Made by a program: the position numbers and the translations under genes. A DNA stretch of 64,000 bases from Eledone cirrhosa (Eukaryota), in the NCBI GenBank assembly GCA_964016885.1, contig OZ024742.1, positions 265,174,001 to 265,238,000 on the forward strand. Direction: 5' to 3'. The notes under the pieces were generated by a model. The model worked only from the letters and a program-made list of their open reading frames with translations, ran no database searches and was not told the DNA's origin. Shown piece after piece: positions 26,801-40,894 of the stretch (positions are counted from its first letter, which is position 1; each line of letters starts with the position of its first letter).

Positions 26801-29591
26801 TGAGCGATTAGAATAGAGTCCATTAGGTTTAGTAAGGCTTTAGCAATAGAGAAAAATAGAGCAGAGGGAGAACTAGTTAGAAAATTAAACGAGGCGCTTA
26901 GCAAAGGCATCGCGACCGACGTGCTTGCGGCGAAATTGGCCCTTGATCAATTCTTCAATGCAAAGCACGAGGGCTGCGTTGTCAGAGCTAGGGTGCGCGC
27001 TCTCAGACACAAGGGGACAAAAGCCGTTCAATGGGCCCGAGTGGCGGAGGCGCGTCGTGGCAACAAAGCCACGATCCGGTCTTTGGTGGACCACGACGGG
27101 CGCATGCTACTCGATCCCGGGCAAATGTGTGAAGCTTTTCAGCGACACTTCGCTCAGCTGTTCGGGGGCAGCGGTGGGCCGAGTCGAGTCATGAACTTTA
27201 GTGTCTACCTCGACGGACTGCCGCGGCTCTCGGCCACTGAGGCGGAGTGTTGCGAAAAGCCGATAACAACCGCTGAAGTACGGGAAGCAATGACTGGCTG
27301 CACAAGGGGTAAATCGCCTGATTTGGATGGTCTTCCTATGAACTTTACGTACAGATGCCAGAATTGTTCGGAGGCCTCTTGGCGGACATCTACTGCAACT
27401 GGCAACAGAACGGGAGTATTCCCAGATCTGTGAGCCGAGGAGCGGCGGCACTGCTGAGAAAGGATCCGAACAAGGGGGATAACATAGATAATTTCAGGCC
27501 CATAACTTTGCTAAACACAGAGTTCAAGATTTTGGCGAAGGTGCTAGCAAAGAGGTTGGCGCTTGTCGTTGGCAGACATGTGCCATTCCCGACAGATCCA
27601 TCCACGACAACCTCCACCTCATGCGATACATCGTAGAGAGGGAGGCTAAGGAACCTGGCACGGGTGGGTCTTTGATCAATTTAGATCAGTCGAAAGCTTT
27701 CCATAGGGTCGACCATCGTTACCTAGCGGCAGTCCTGAGGGCGGCTGGCTTTGGGCCCGTCTTCAGAGGTTGGATCGCTGCCATGCACAACGACATCTGC
27801 TCTATGGTGAGAGTTAACGGTCACCTTTCGGAACCGTTCAGCATCATGCGCTCGGTCTGCTAAGGATGTCCCCTCTCGTTCCTCTTTTACGTATTGACTC
27901 TCGAGCCATTACTTCACAAACTGGAGACGTTGAGGGGCGTCCCGCGCGAAGTAGGATGCGGAAGATCCGTGTCAGCATATGCGGACGATGTCACCTTAGT
28001 GGTGTCGAACGCCAAACACATCGAGGCGATCGGCACTACACTAAGAGAATACGAAGCGGTGACAGGAGCAATGATCAATCAGGAAAAGTCAGTGGGCCTG
28101 CAGCTCGGCACCTGGAGAGGCAGGTCCATGCCGTCCAACAGCGTCGTCAGACGCTGGACGGACGGACCGGTTAAATTGCTAGGGGTCTGGTTCGGTCCGG
28201 ACCTCCAGACGGACAAAAACTGGGACGAGGTGACGAGCAGGGTGGCTTCTCTGACACAGAAATGGGCGGAGAGGAAGCTATCCCTGAAAGGTCGAGCGGA
28301 GGTGGCTAACGCGTACATCGCGTCTGTCATCTACTACCGCCTGACCGTCGTTCCTTGTCCTAAGCCCCGCCTGACTGCGCTGGAGCGTTTGCTCTTTCGC
28401 TTTTTGTAGAAGGGACGCGCTCCGATGGTCAGGAGGTCCATCTGCTGTCAACACCCGCTACGTGAAGGGATAGGCATGCCGTGGCTGATGATGCGCAGAC
28501 ACGCGCTCAGGCTATGACATCTCCACCTCTTCCTCGACGGTGATCAGGTGTGGTCGCCGTTTGCTAGACACGTATTTCCCCAGCTCGTTTCCTTGACGGA
28601 GCTGCAGTCCTGGGTCATGCGAAGACCGAGAGGGAGCGCTTGGAGACTGGAATGTTTTCAGGCGCTCACAGCCCTCGACCAATCGGGCAATGTGATCGGT
28701 GAAAACTCCACCTCGGCGTTCTATAGAGGATCAGTGGAGGGGAAGAACGACGACGTACTTGGGGACCTCTAGGCGTCGACGAAAATCACCTAGCCAATCT
28801 CTTCGGAAGAACTTTCGGGCCGGGGCCTATGGAGAACTTCCAGAAATCTCTCGCCTGGCAGTGCTACCGAGGAGCTTTGCCTGTTCGAGATAAACTCTAC
28901 AGGCATGGAGGTGCCGTCAGTCGGGAATGTCCGAGATGCGCGCAGGGCGACGAAACCGTCCTGCACGCACTCGTCCAGTGTCCGAAAATTGCTGACTTGT
29001 GGGTTTATGTCGAACACCTACTGTCGCGTGTAGGACGGATCCGGCTATCATCTGAGTCCATCGTGAGGATTGCCCCGCCCTCTTCCTTTAGCCGGGATGG
29101 GCAGGCAGTTTTTATCTGTCTGGTGGCCATGGCGAAAGAGATAGTATGGCGGACACGTTTGAAAGGGCTGAAGACGAGCACTTACCTCTTCGGTGAAGCC
29201 CTGATTGACTTTTTCAAATTTCATTTGAAAAGGAAAATCAGAGTAGAGAGGGAAGTGCTCTCTTCGAAGCATTTTGTTGAAAGATGGGTGAGAGAAGCAA
29301 GTATGGCCCGAGTAAATGGGCCTACTCTGAGTATGTGTCTGTAAATTAAAGGTGGAACACTGGGAGAGGGCACTTGCCCTGGTGGTCAGGTTCACTGTGG
29401 CCTTTTAATGGGCTTTCTCCCCAAATGTCCCTCGGAAGTCTCACCCCTATTGGGGAATTTTTTATTGTTATTTTTATTACATCCTCTGTTTTTTACACGC
29501 AGAAATGCCCATTTGTACCGTCGTGTATTGTTTTGTACTGTCCTTAATGTCTACTTTATGTAAACCCTTGTGGTTAATAAAGAAAGCATTA

Positions 29592-29644
<53 letters not shown>

Positions 29645-29645
29645 G
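23860..29645 (+). mobile_element. L1/Tx1-clade LINE copy 1 (ORF1 and ORF2, disabled)
   Basis: ORF1 with a degenerate zinc knuckle; ORF2 from 26026 with APE (SINARGL, AISET, VYAP, YLDR, TDH), RT (YADD) and C-terminal CPRC..ETVLHALVQC; AATAAA and (ATT)n tail; several stops and deletions. Confidence 0.93.
25529..25711 (+). mobile_element. tRNA-derived SINE inserted in ORF1 of LINE copy 1
   Basis: Variant with tttgacacatagagttacggcc, like the 14351 copy. Confidence 0.9.
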
Positions 29646-31550
29646 GCGACCTACGTAGTAAAACGTATCATCGTGAGCTCCGCAAAGGTTTGTTATTTCC
29701 GTTTGTTAAAAATTGTCATTTATGAAAAATTTTATTGTTAACTGTTTATAAGCACACATACATTGTTTTCCGAAAAGGACACCCAAAAAGATTGGGGCCT
29801 TGTGCCCAAAATTTTAACTTTTATTATTATCAAAAAATTTCTTTGAAAAAAAATGGCTAATTCACCTCTGCACGAAGCAGCTGAAAGCCTTCCTCACAAA
29901 ATAACACCTCACACCGACACCACCATTGTAAATGTTACTACGTTTGCCAACACAAAAAAATATTAGCAGTAGCAATATTTTAAATTTGTGTCAGGCAGAC
30001 ATTCATTTCCCGCCATTACCAATGACTGCAGGTGTTAAAGCCTCCACCACCACCGCGACAACCCCCCCCCCACCACCGCGACAACAGAAACAAAAGAAGA
30101 AAAAAATAAATTAACTCGTGATGTCGAAATGAAATCAAGCAAAATGGACTCTTCCGCACCAAAGACGACTGACGTCACCACCACCACAACTGAAACTAAA
30201 ATTAATATTAACACAAATAACGATAGCAACAACAACGACATTATAAAACCAACCCTCAGTTTCGCCATAGAAGCAAAACAGTTCGAAGCATTTACGGTAA
30301 CTCAGGAGGATTTAGAAAATGCCAAACAAATGGTAAAGAAAGATGGGTACAGGGTCAGCCTCACCCCCCCCCCCACCTAATAAAATGGAGCATCCGTGCC
30401 TATGCACCGTGTCGTATAGAACAATAAATGTAAAATCGCGCCGAGTGGAACGGGCATCCGAGTCCCAAATCCAAAAGGACATGTGTGGGCAAGAAAAACC
30501 CACATCAGACGTGGGCAAAAGTATGGAACCGTGGATGTGTTCTTTGAAACACCAGAGGAGGCTAGAGAACACTTCATGGCCCCATTAAAAAGTGACGACT
30601 TCACACTCGTCCCAAGCTATTGTGGCCACAGACTCGTAAAGATCAGGGTGACCCACGTTCCACCGGCCATCGAAATTCCCTGGCTAATAGCGGCTGTCCT
30701 CGCCGGCATCGAAGCCAACACGAAAATAATAGCAATAGCAAAAGAAAAGCAGGAACACTGGTCCGGATCTGGGATGGAGCTCCTGATCCAAGCGGACCAA
30801 AAAAGCATTGAGGAGATCCCAGAGGTAATAGACCTCACTGAGGGCAGCCACCTCACGGTAATTGTCGAGGGCAGAAGACCTAGGTGTGTCGTTTGTGGTG
30901 AAGGAACCCACCTAAGGGCTTTCTGCCCTCAGGCCTAAAGGTTGAGGCCACCTCTCCTACCCACCCCAGTGACACAACCATCAACACCACCAGTAGCAGA
31001 GATGGCAGCAACAACTGTAGCAGCAACAACAGAAGCAACTATAACAGCAACAACCCCAGCAACAGTAGCAAAACCAACACCACTACCACCACCAGTAAAA
31101 CCAACACCACCACCACCCAACGCTTCAGAACTAGCACCAGCGCCTACACCATCCACCACACCACAACCAAAACTAACGGCTGTGGAGGATTTTCCACTCC
31201 CCGGCCTATCACAACTGGAGACAGATTGTGACGATGAGGAGTGGGAAACGATATCCGGAAAAAAAAAAGAAACCAAAAAAGAAAAGATTCTCTTCCTTCC
31301 CCCTCCAAAAACAAAATACAGAGGGAAACAAATAAATTAAGAAACAAAAAAGTTAGGACAGATATGCCACTATCCACACCAGCATCACCAACCCCATCAA
31401 CCCAAACACCAACACCATCACCATCATTAACCCCAACACCACCATCACCTACACCACAAAAGTCACCAAAATGCGAAACAGAAACAAACCCACAACAAAC
31501 GCAAACAAAACAAAACAACCAAAACGATACACACTACACATCATTAAATT

Positions 31551-31731
31551 TGTGGATTGGCAGTATCGGTAGAGGGTCGGACGCCATGCTTTCCAGCATA
31601 GTTACGTCCCTTTGCGATCTGAGTTCAAATCCCGCCGAGGTTGACTTTGCCTTTCATCCTTACGGGGTCGATAAAATAAAGTACCAGTAATGCACTGGAT
31701 AATTGCTGGCCTTGTGCCTAAAGTAGAAACA
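31551..31731 (+). mobile_element. tRNA-derived SINE inserted in ORF1 of LINE copy 2
   Basis: Variant with tttccagcatagttacgtcc, like the 36561 copy; TSD attaaatttg. Confidence 0.9.
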
Positions 31732-32048
31732 ATTAAATTTGAACAACAAGCAATTATTACACTACATCCAACACAACACCAGCATCACAGAAAAAGACTA
31801 CACAACAACCCCAAAATTCACACCACCTCCACACATACAAATCACTCGCATCACACAGAAAACGTACATGACACTAAAACAAAAATTCCCCAAAGACATC
31901 GGAGACTTCCGACAAGCACTCTCCAGGAGGATTTATAAGGACATCCTTCCTGAGGAGGCCACAAGCAGTGAAAAGGATAGAAAAACCGTCCTTCCCCTAC
32001 GAGAAGTAAGGTAAGTGGTCTTTCCCATCTTTTCCACTCCTTTTCAAC

Positions 32049-35000
32049 ATGACCTCACTCAGAATAGGCGGCATAAATGCGCGTGGCTTGGGGTCGTCAT
32101 GGAAGCAGGGCCACCTGCTGAACGACCTCAGGTCACTAAACATAGATGTAGTGGCTATCAGCGAGACCAGAATCTCCGAAGCACAGGCTTTCGCACCGAT
32201 CTTCGGCGGCTACGATGTGTACGCATCTCCCAGCCGTCCGGGATCGGGGGGAGGAGTTGCTGTGCTTTTTCGGAGAGGTTTGGATCTTGCCATACGGGCC
32301 ATCTTCCTGGACCCAGAAGGTAAGCTGGTGGTGCTGGACGTGACCAGCGGAGACGGGCAAGCTTTCAGGTTAGTGGGCGTCTATGCCCCGACAGGAGCAG
32401 GGCGGCCTGATTTCTTCCGTCGTCTGGAGACCTTTCTTGGAACGTCCCGCTCTTTAGTGTTAGTGGGCGACTAGAACGGGATCTTAGATGCACGCTGGGA
32501 TTGTGTGGGATTAGTGGATAGGGAAGGAGGGTGCAAGAGTCTCACCAACCTGCTCAGACGTTTTGAACTGTCTGACAGCTACCGAATGGATTTCCCGAAT
32601 GTACCAATGTGGACTTGGACAAATCGCATAGGGTCATCCAGATCATATCTAGATAGAGTATTTTGTAGGGAAATAGATAGGTCTAGCATAGGCTGTCCAC
32701 AATTCAAGATAGTCAGCTACACGGACCACAAATTCGTGATATGTGTGCTTGACTTAGATAGGCTTCATAGAGGAGGACCCGGCTACTGGAAGCTAAACGC
32801 GTCCTTACCAGCGCGCAAGGCCTACAGAGACCGGATTAGCGAACTAGTTAAGCGGGCGTTGACGGGGGCCATCGTCAACAACAAGTGGTTGTTTGCTCTG
32901 AAAAGAGCAATTAGAATAGAGTCCATTAGGTTTAGTAAGACTTTAGCAATAGAGAAAAATAGAGCAGAGGGAGAATTAGTTAGAAAATTAGATGAGGCGC
33001 TTAGCAAAGGCATCGCGATCGACGTACTTGCGGCGAAATTGGCCCTTGACCAATTCTTCAATGCAAAGCACGAAGGCTGCGTTGTCAGAGCTAGGGTGCG
33101 TGCTCTTAGACACGATGGGACGAAAGACGTTCAATGGGCCCGAGTGGCGGAGGCGCGCCGTGGCAACAAAACCACGATCGGGTCTTTGGTGGACCACGAC
33201 GGGCGCATGCTACTCGATCCCGGGCAAATGTGTGAAGCTTTTCAGCGACATTTCGCTCAACTGTTCGGGGGCAGTGGCGGGTCGGATCGAGGGATGGACT
33301 TTAGTGTCTACCTCGACGGACTGCCGCGGCTTTCGGCCACTGAGGCGGAGTGTTGCGAAAAGCCGATAACAACCGCTGAAGTACGGGATGCAATGACTAG
33401 TTGCATAAGGGGTAAATCGCTTGGTTTGGATGGTCTGCCCTATGAACTTTACGTACAAATGCCAAACTTGTTCGGAGGCCTCTTGGCGGACGTCTACTGC
33501 AACTGGCAACAGAACGGGAGAATTCCCAGCTCTGTGAGCCGAGGAGCGGTGGCGCTGCTGAGAAAGGATCCGAACAAGGGGGATAACATAGATAATTTTA
33601 GGCCCATAACTCTGCTAAACACAGAGTTCAAGATTTTGGCCAAGGTGCTAGCAAAGAGGTTGGCGCTTGTCGTTGGTGGTCTGGTGGGAGAGGCACAGAC
33701 ATGCGCCATTCCCGACAGATCCATCCACGACAACCTCCACCTCATGCGATACATCGTAGAGAGGGTAGCTAGGGAACCTGGCACGGGTGGGTCTTTGATC
33801 AATTTAGATCAGTCGAAAGCCTTCGATAGGGTCGACCATCGTTACCTAGCGGCAGTCCTGAGGGCGGCTGGCTTTGGGCCCGTCTTCAGAGGCTGAATCG
33901 CTGCCATGCACAGCGACATCTGCTCTGTAGTGAGAGTGAACGGTCACCTTTCGGAACCGTTCAACATCATGCGCTCGGTCCGCCAAGGATGTCCCCTCTC
34001 GTCCCTATTGTACGTATTGACTCTCGAGCCATTACTGCACAAACTGGAGACGTTGAGGGGGTCCCGCGCGAACTAGGATACGGAAGAACCGTGTCAGCAT
34101 ATGCCGACGATGTCACCGTAGTGGTGTCGAACTCCAAACACATCGAGGCGATCGGCACTACACTAAGAGAATACGAAGCGGTGACAGGAGCAATGATCAA
34201 CCAGGAAAAGTCAGTGTGCCTGCAGCTCGGCACCTGGAGAGGCAGGTCCATGCCGTCCAACAGCGTCGTCGGGCGCTGGACGGACGGGCCGGTTAAATTG
34301 CTAGGGGTCTGGTTCGGTCCACACCTCCAGACAGACAAAAACTGGGACGAGGTGACGAGCAGGGTGGCTTCTCTCACCCAGAAATGGGCGGAGAGGAAGC
34401 TATCCCTGAAAGGTCGAGCGGAGGTGGCGAATGCGTACATTGCATCCGTCATCTACTACCGCCTGACCGTCGTACCTTGTCCTAAGCCCCGCCTGACTGC
34501 GCTGGAGCGTTTGCTCTTTCGCTTCCTGTGGAAGAGACGCGCTCCGATGGTCAGGCGGTCCATCTGCTGTCAACACCCGCTACGTGGAGGGCTGGGAATG
34601 CCGTGGCTGATGAGGCGCAGACACGCGCTCAGGCTACGACATCTCCACCTCTTCCTCGACGGTGATCAGGTGTGGTCGCCGTTTGCTAGACACGTTTTTC
34701 CCCAGCTCGTCTCCTTGACGGAGCTGCAGTCCTGGGTCAAGCGAAGACCGAGAGGGAGCGCTTGGAGACTGGAATGTCTTCAGGCGCTCACAGCCCTCGA
34801 CCAATCGGGCAATGTGATCGGTGGAAACTCCACCTTGGCGTTCTATAGGGGATTAGTGGAGGGGAAGAGCGACGACGTACTTGGAGAAACTCTAGGCGTC
34901 GACAAAAATCAACTAGCCAATCTCTTCGGAAGGACTTTCGGGCCGGGGCCTATGGACAACTTCCAGAAATCCCTGGCCTGGCAGTGCTACCGAGGAGCTT

Positions 35001-35466
35001 TGCCAGTTCGGGATAAACTCTACAGGCATGGAGGTGCCGTCAGCCGGGCAGGTCCGAGATGCGCGTAGGACGACGAAACCGTCCTGCACGCACTCGTCCA
35101 GTGTCCGAGCATTGCTGACTTGTGGGTTTATGTTGAACACCTGCTGTCACGTGTAGGACGGATCCAGCTATCAGCTGAGTCCATCGTGAGGATTGCTCCG
35201 CCCCCTTCCTTTAGCCGGGAAGGGCAGGCAGTTTTTATCTGTCTGGTGGCCATGGCGAAAGAGATAGTATGGTGGACACGTTTGAAAGGGCTGAAGACGA
35301 GCACTTACCTCTTCGGTGATGCATTGATTAACTTTTTCAAATTTCATTTGAAAAGGAAAATCAGGGTAGAGAGGGAAATGCTCTCTTCCCTGCATTTTGT
35401 TGAAAGATGGGTGAGAGAAGCAAGTATGGCCCGAATGAATGGGCCTTCTCTGAGTATGTGTCTGTA
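32049..35466 (+). pseudogene. ORF2 (APE-RT-zinc finger) of LINE copy 2
   Basis: Colinear ORF pieces 32049-32474, 32505-33896, about 34055-35068 and 35120-35466, broken by three stops and one frameshift. Confidence 0.9.
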
Positions 35467-35710
35467 AATTAAAGGTGGAAAACTGGGAGAGGGCACTTGC
35501 CCTGGTGGTCAGGGCCACTGTGGTCTTTTAATGGGCTTTCTCCACAAATGTCCCTCGGAAGTCTCCCCCCTATTGGGGAATTTTTCTTTGTTATTTTATT
35601 TCAACCTCTGTTTTTTTTACACGCAGAAATGCCCATTTGTACCGTCCTGTATTGTCCTGTACTGTCCTTAATGTCTACTTTATGTAAACCCTTGTGGTTA
35701 ATAAAGAAAA

Positions 35711-35746
<36 letters not shown>

Positions 35747-35849
35747 CATTATTACACTCTGCTTAATACAGCACCAATATTCCTACTGGAAAATACGCAT
35801 CGAGTACTCACTTTGGTGAACCCACGGTAGCTGGATGTTACAATCCTTA

Positions 35850-35943
<94 letters not shown>

Positions 35944-36099
35944 GTTAAAGTGTACATCTACATATGTATACGGAAGTACTAGTATGCATATAAATACACA
36001 CATGTATACATATATATATATAGTTTAGTGGACGAGCGCGCGGTTAGCATGTCGGGAGTGGGGGTCCTTAGGTCCTTCTTAGAAGGAAAAAACTGATGT

Positions 36100-36770
36100 A
36101 AAATCTGCAACTCCATGGCATCCAATAATGTTGACCTGTTCTTCCTTTTGCATACTTGTCACTGTTGTTTAGAGAGTGGGATTGGTTCAGTGCAAGGACA
36201 TTCTGAACTGAAAAAGTTTCAAGTACAGGCATCACTTGGTTTAAACGGCTTACACGTGCAAGCATATGCAGAAAGGAATATAAGTCCTTGACAGTAAAAA
36301 AGTCATGTCCGTGGCATCCATTTGTGAGAAAAGTGTCAAGTAATGGCAATCATCGAAAGCTATATGCAGCCATCATCTATGCAAATATGTGCACATATTC
36401 GCACATATTTGCATAGATGATGGCTGCATCTAGCTTTCGACGATTGCCATTACTTGACACTTTTTCAGTTCAGAATGTCCTTGCACTGAGCCAATCCCAC
36501 TCTCTAAACAACAGTGACAAGTATGCAAAAGGAAGAACAGGTCAACATTATTGGATGCCATGTGGATTGGCAGTATCGGTAGAGGGTCGGACGCCATGCT
36601 TTCCAGCATAGTTACGTCCCTTTGCGGTCTGAGTTCAAATCCCGCCGAGGTTGACTTTGCCTTTCATCCTTACGGGGTCGATAAAATAAAGTACCAGTAA
36701 TGCACTGGATAATTGCTGGCCTTGTGCCTAAAGTAGAAACAATTATTGGATGCCATGGAGTTGCAGATTA
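36100..36770. repeat. Fold-back of an RTE-related 3' fragment; right arm deleted internally and interrupted by a SINE
   Basis: 36100-36392 is inverted at 36401-36770; the right arm lacks about 36218-36330. Confidence 0.8.
36561..36742 (+). mobile_element. tRNA-derived SINE
   Basis: Almost identical to the 31551 copy; TSD attattggatgccatg. Confidence 0.9.
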
Positions 36771-36889
36771 TACACATATTCTTGCATTCTTTCAAGGTAT
36801 ATAATAATATATAATAACTGTATGTGTTCGAGATATATAGAAATATGAAAATAACCCCCAACATCCCTCCATTGTTGTGTCTGTGTGTC

Positions 36890-36926
<37 letters not shown>

Positions 36927-37105
36927 TGTATACAGTTGTATATATATGTGTGTGTTTATGCATGTATATATCTATATATACACACATATAAATAAATATA
37001 CACACACACACACTCATATATATATATATATATTTATATGTGTGTGTGTATATATTTATATATATACATATATGTATATATATATATATACATATTTTAT
37101 GTATG

Positions 37106-37188
<83 letters not shown>

Positions 37189-37241
37189 TTATGCATGTAT
37201 ATATCTATATATACACACATATAAATAAATATACACACACA

Positions 37242-37345
<104 letters not shown>

Positions 37346-38071
37346 TATATCTATCTATGTGTATGTGTCTGTGTGCGTACGTATGTTCTAATAGACTCGC
37401 TGCAATACTTAAGTGGTGAAGTTTTTCGTTTATCTATTTCTCTCTCTCTTTCTATCTACCTATCTCTCTATCTATCTCTCTATCTATCTCTCCTTTTTTA
37501 ACATTCTCCATTACAAAATACCATTTCAACTCGCTGCTTTACATTTCCCAAATGTCACACGTGGTTCAGCTCTTTTGCATTCTGTGAGAAAAACAAGACT
37601 TGCTGAAACCTATCTTTTCGTCGTCCATTCTTCTCTCTTTCTTTTTCCCTCTTGTAGTGATTTTTCCCTTTTATTTGGTTTCTTTAAGTTATTTTTTTTA
37701 TTTTTCAAACATTATTCATGTATTTGTCGTTTATATTGTTTGTATCTATTTATTTATCTAGGGCGCTGTTTATGGCAGATGGTTCCAGGGACACTTTAAC
37801 AACTGCTTAAAATATTCATATAGCCCTCGTGGCTCGAACAGATATAGGTTCAATTCTTACTGTAGACAAATGAAGCTCTTGGTCATCCTTAGTTTATAAA
37901 AAAGTTAATGTTATATGAAAAAGATCTTTTGCTACGACAAAAGCATTTGCACATACATGCACATGCATGCACACATATATACACACACATACGCACACAT
38001 ATATATACACACATACGCACACGAACACACCACCAAGTTGCCTAAACCAACCAATGAAATACCTAATCAGT

Positions 38072-38215
38072 GAAGACGCATGGCTTAGTGGTTAGAGCAT
38101 TGGGTTCGCAATCGAAAGGTTGTGAGTTCAATTCTCGGACCGGGTGATGTGATGTTTCCTTGAACAAGACACTTTATTTCACGTTGCTCCAGTTTACTCA
38201 GCTGTAGAAATGAGA
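38072..38215 (+). mobile_element. Second SINE family (tRNA head, CORE-like domain)
   Basis: A box TGGCTTAGTGG, B box GAGTTCAATTC, then ccttgaacaagacacttta...cagctgtagaaatg. Confidence 0.7.
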
Positions 38216-38522
38216 TGATAGGACTGGGGTCCCTATCACTAAATTACCCAAGACACTTCCAACGATATATACCTCGGAGCAGGCCAGATAAACCTGCATG
38301 GGTGTGAGCTGTCACATACACACTAATCAGCATGGTCCCGAACTCCATTCTCAATCTTTTCCTCTCTTTCACAAATGATAATTAAGGTGTATTTTCCTCT
38401 TGAAATCGATGTTAGTAAAACTGTTAATATACGAACTCAACATCCACAGTACGTGTTGATTGCTCCTTTCTTTCGTTTGTACGCAGATATTAAAAAAAAA
38501 TATACACACACACACACACACG

Positions 38523-38616
<94 letters not shown>

Positions 38617-38670
38617 AGAGTAAGTCTATAGAATCATTTGATAAAATATATACATTATTTCTGCTCCCAA

Positions 38671-38705
<35 letters not shown>

Positions 38706-38750
38706 GTGACGAAACATAAGTCAATTGCATGAACTCATAATCCTTTATTT

Positions 38751-38806
38751 ACTGCTATATATATTTCGATGATAGCCATTGAATGGCTATGACCTCATCA
38801 GGCAGT
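38751..38806 (-). ncRNA. Type I hammerhead ribozyme
   Basis: ACTGC-CTGATGA-GGTcATAGCCAT-tca-ATGGCTATcATC-GAAA-TATATA-TA-GCAGT. Confidence 0.8.
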
Positions 38807-38964
38807 TAGTCAGTTCTTAGATATGCCAGCTCTGTGTGTATGATGTTGATGGTATCAGAGCCTTGGGACATATATATATATATATATATAGGAAAATGTT
38901 TAACCCCGACGACAGAACTCAAGCCGTTTCGACGGCTATTTCTGGGCCGGGTCCAGAAATAGCC

Positions 38965-39635
38965 GCCGAAAATTATAGAAGCTGGATTCTTATAGAATTC
39001 CAGTAATTATCAGGAGCTGATTATACAGAGCGATTGCCGGTCCAGCAAAAATTAGGTATTAGGATTGGTGCTCTGAAATAGCGATGTATACATGAATGTT
39101 TGTATAGTATATTTGGCAATATACCGTATGTTTAATTAAAAACATTTGGAAGACCATACGCTATCAGTTTTAAAGTAGTGACTATGTTACTTACTTCTTT
39201 TCGGCGAAAGAAGGGAGAGAAGCTGACAGTCTGTTTCACGCTGGTTGGCGTTCATCAGAGCCACGTAATGTTTTTAATTAAACATACGGTATATTGCCAA
39301 ATATACTATACAAACATTCATGTATACATCGGTATTTCAGAGCACCAATCCTAATACCTAATTTTTGCTGGACCGGCAATCGCTCTGTATAATCAGCTCC
39401 TGATTATTACTGGAATTCTATAAGAATCCAGCTTCTATAATTTTCGGCGGAAGCAGGGGAGTACGTGGCTCTGATGAACGCCAACCAGCGTGAAACAGAC
39501 TGTTAGCTTCTCTCCCTTTTTCGCCGAAAATAAGTAAGTGACATAGTCACCACTTTAAAACTGATAGTCTTCTAAATGTTTTTAATTAAACATACGGTAT
39601 ATTACCAAATATACTATACAAACATTCATGTAAAC
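38965..39635. mobile_element. Retrozyme-like element: one inverted monomer plus a 1.2-mer tandem (308 bp period)
   Basis: 38965-39267 is antisense to 39268-39635; atgtttttaattaaacatacgg recurs at 39268 and 39576. Confidence 0.85.
39468..39507 (+). ncRNA. Type I hammerhead ribozyme (mirror 39222-39261, minus, with GUC site)
   Basis: GCT-CTGATGA-ACGC-caacca-GCGT-GAAA-CA(GAC)TG-T[T/C]-AGC. Confidence 0.85.
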
Positions 39636-39878
39636 ATGTGTGTGTGGGGGGTGGGGTGCATGTGTGCAAGTGTTTGTTCATGTATTTTTATATGGACGCT
39701 AAGATGAGAAGTGGTTATGAAGTTCGCTCCCACTATGTGACAACCTGAGGAAGTATCTCTTGCCATAGCAATACATCAGAGATCGTCACGGTAAAAGCTT
39801 CACTATAAGCCAGAAAACACTTGTAATACTTACACTCTACGTTTCGAAAGTATTGTGTACTAAACTGAAAACATTCCA

Positions 39879-39987
<109 letters not shown>

Positions 39988-40391
39988 AGAGGAGATAGGC
40001 AACAATCAGTTCGTAGAATTGGATTCTAGTCTGATGGGTCTCTTGAAAAGCAGTGGCCTCACTTGCATTACTGCAATTCGGCAGATCCTTTGAGTAAGCG
40101 AGACGTTGGCCGGAGAACGTTGATTTAATACCACCGATCTTCGTTACTTTTATATATATATATATATAAATAAATTATAGCAATGAGAGAAGTCACATAA
40201 ATTATGTCAGATAATATGGGATAAAGTTCATAGGGGATTTATTGAGAGTTTCTAACTCTATATTTCAATTTGATTTATTTGGGCCCCTAATTTATTAATT
40301 CATATAGTTTAACGGTCTAAAAGCATATTCAAGCTGCCCTGGGCTAACCCATATGCAGTTCATCGGAACCATGTGCTTTCGGAGGTTAGTT

Positions 40392-40472
<81 letters not shown>

Positions 40473-40553
40473 TGTGAGACCCATAAGAAGCAGGTACACC
40501 CGCTGAAAAGCTCCGGCGTGTATTATGATTCTTCACATTTTTTATTGCGAAAC

Positions 40554-40631
<78 letters not shown>

Positions 40632-40894
40632 TATGCCAATATATGTATATGTAGAGCGCATATCTTATGTTCGGGAGTATGTACACTTTGATTATTTTAT
40701 TAATATGTTTTTACCGCTCCATCCGTAGTTTTTATGTGCTTTACCAGGGTAGAAGTTTATCCCCTATTATCTAAATTGATTTTTGTTGTGACTTCTCTCA
40801 TTGTTATGATTTATGAAGAGCTCGGTCTCTCTTCCTTGAGCTCCCTTGATCATAGAGGATTTATTGTGAGTCTCTAACTCCATATTTTAATTTG

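Larger units (their letters stand above)
29646..35755 (+). mobile_element. L1/Tx1-clade LINE copy 2, near full length, head-to-tail with copy 1
   Basis: Colinear with copy 1 and has extra 5' sequence; ORF1 with CVVCGEGTHLRAFC (CCHC); (ATT)n tail at 35712-35753. Confidence 0.93.
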
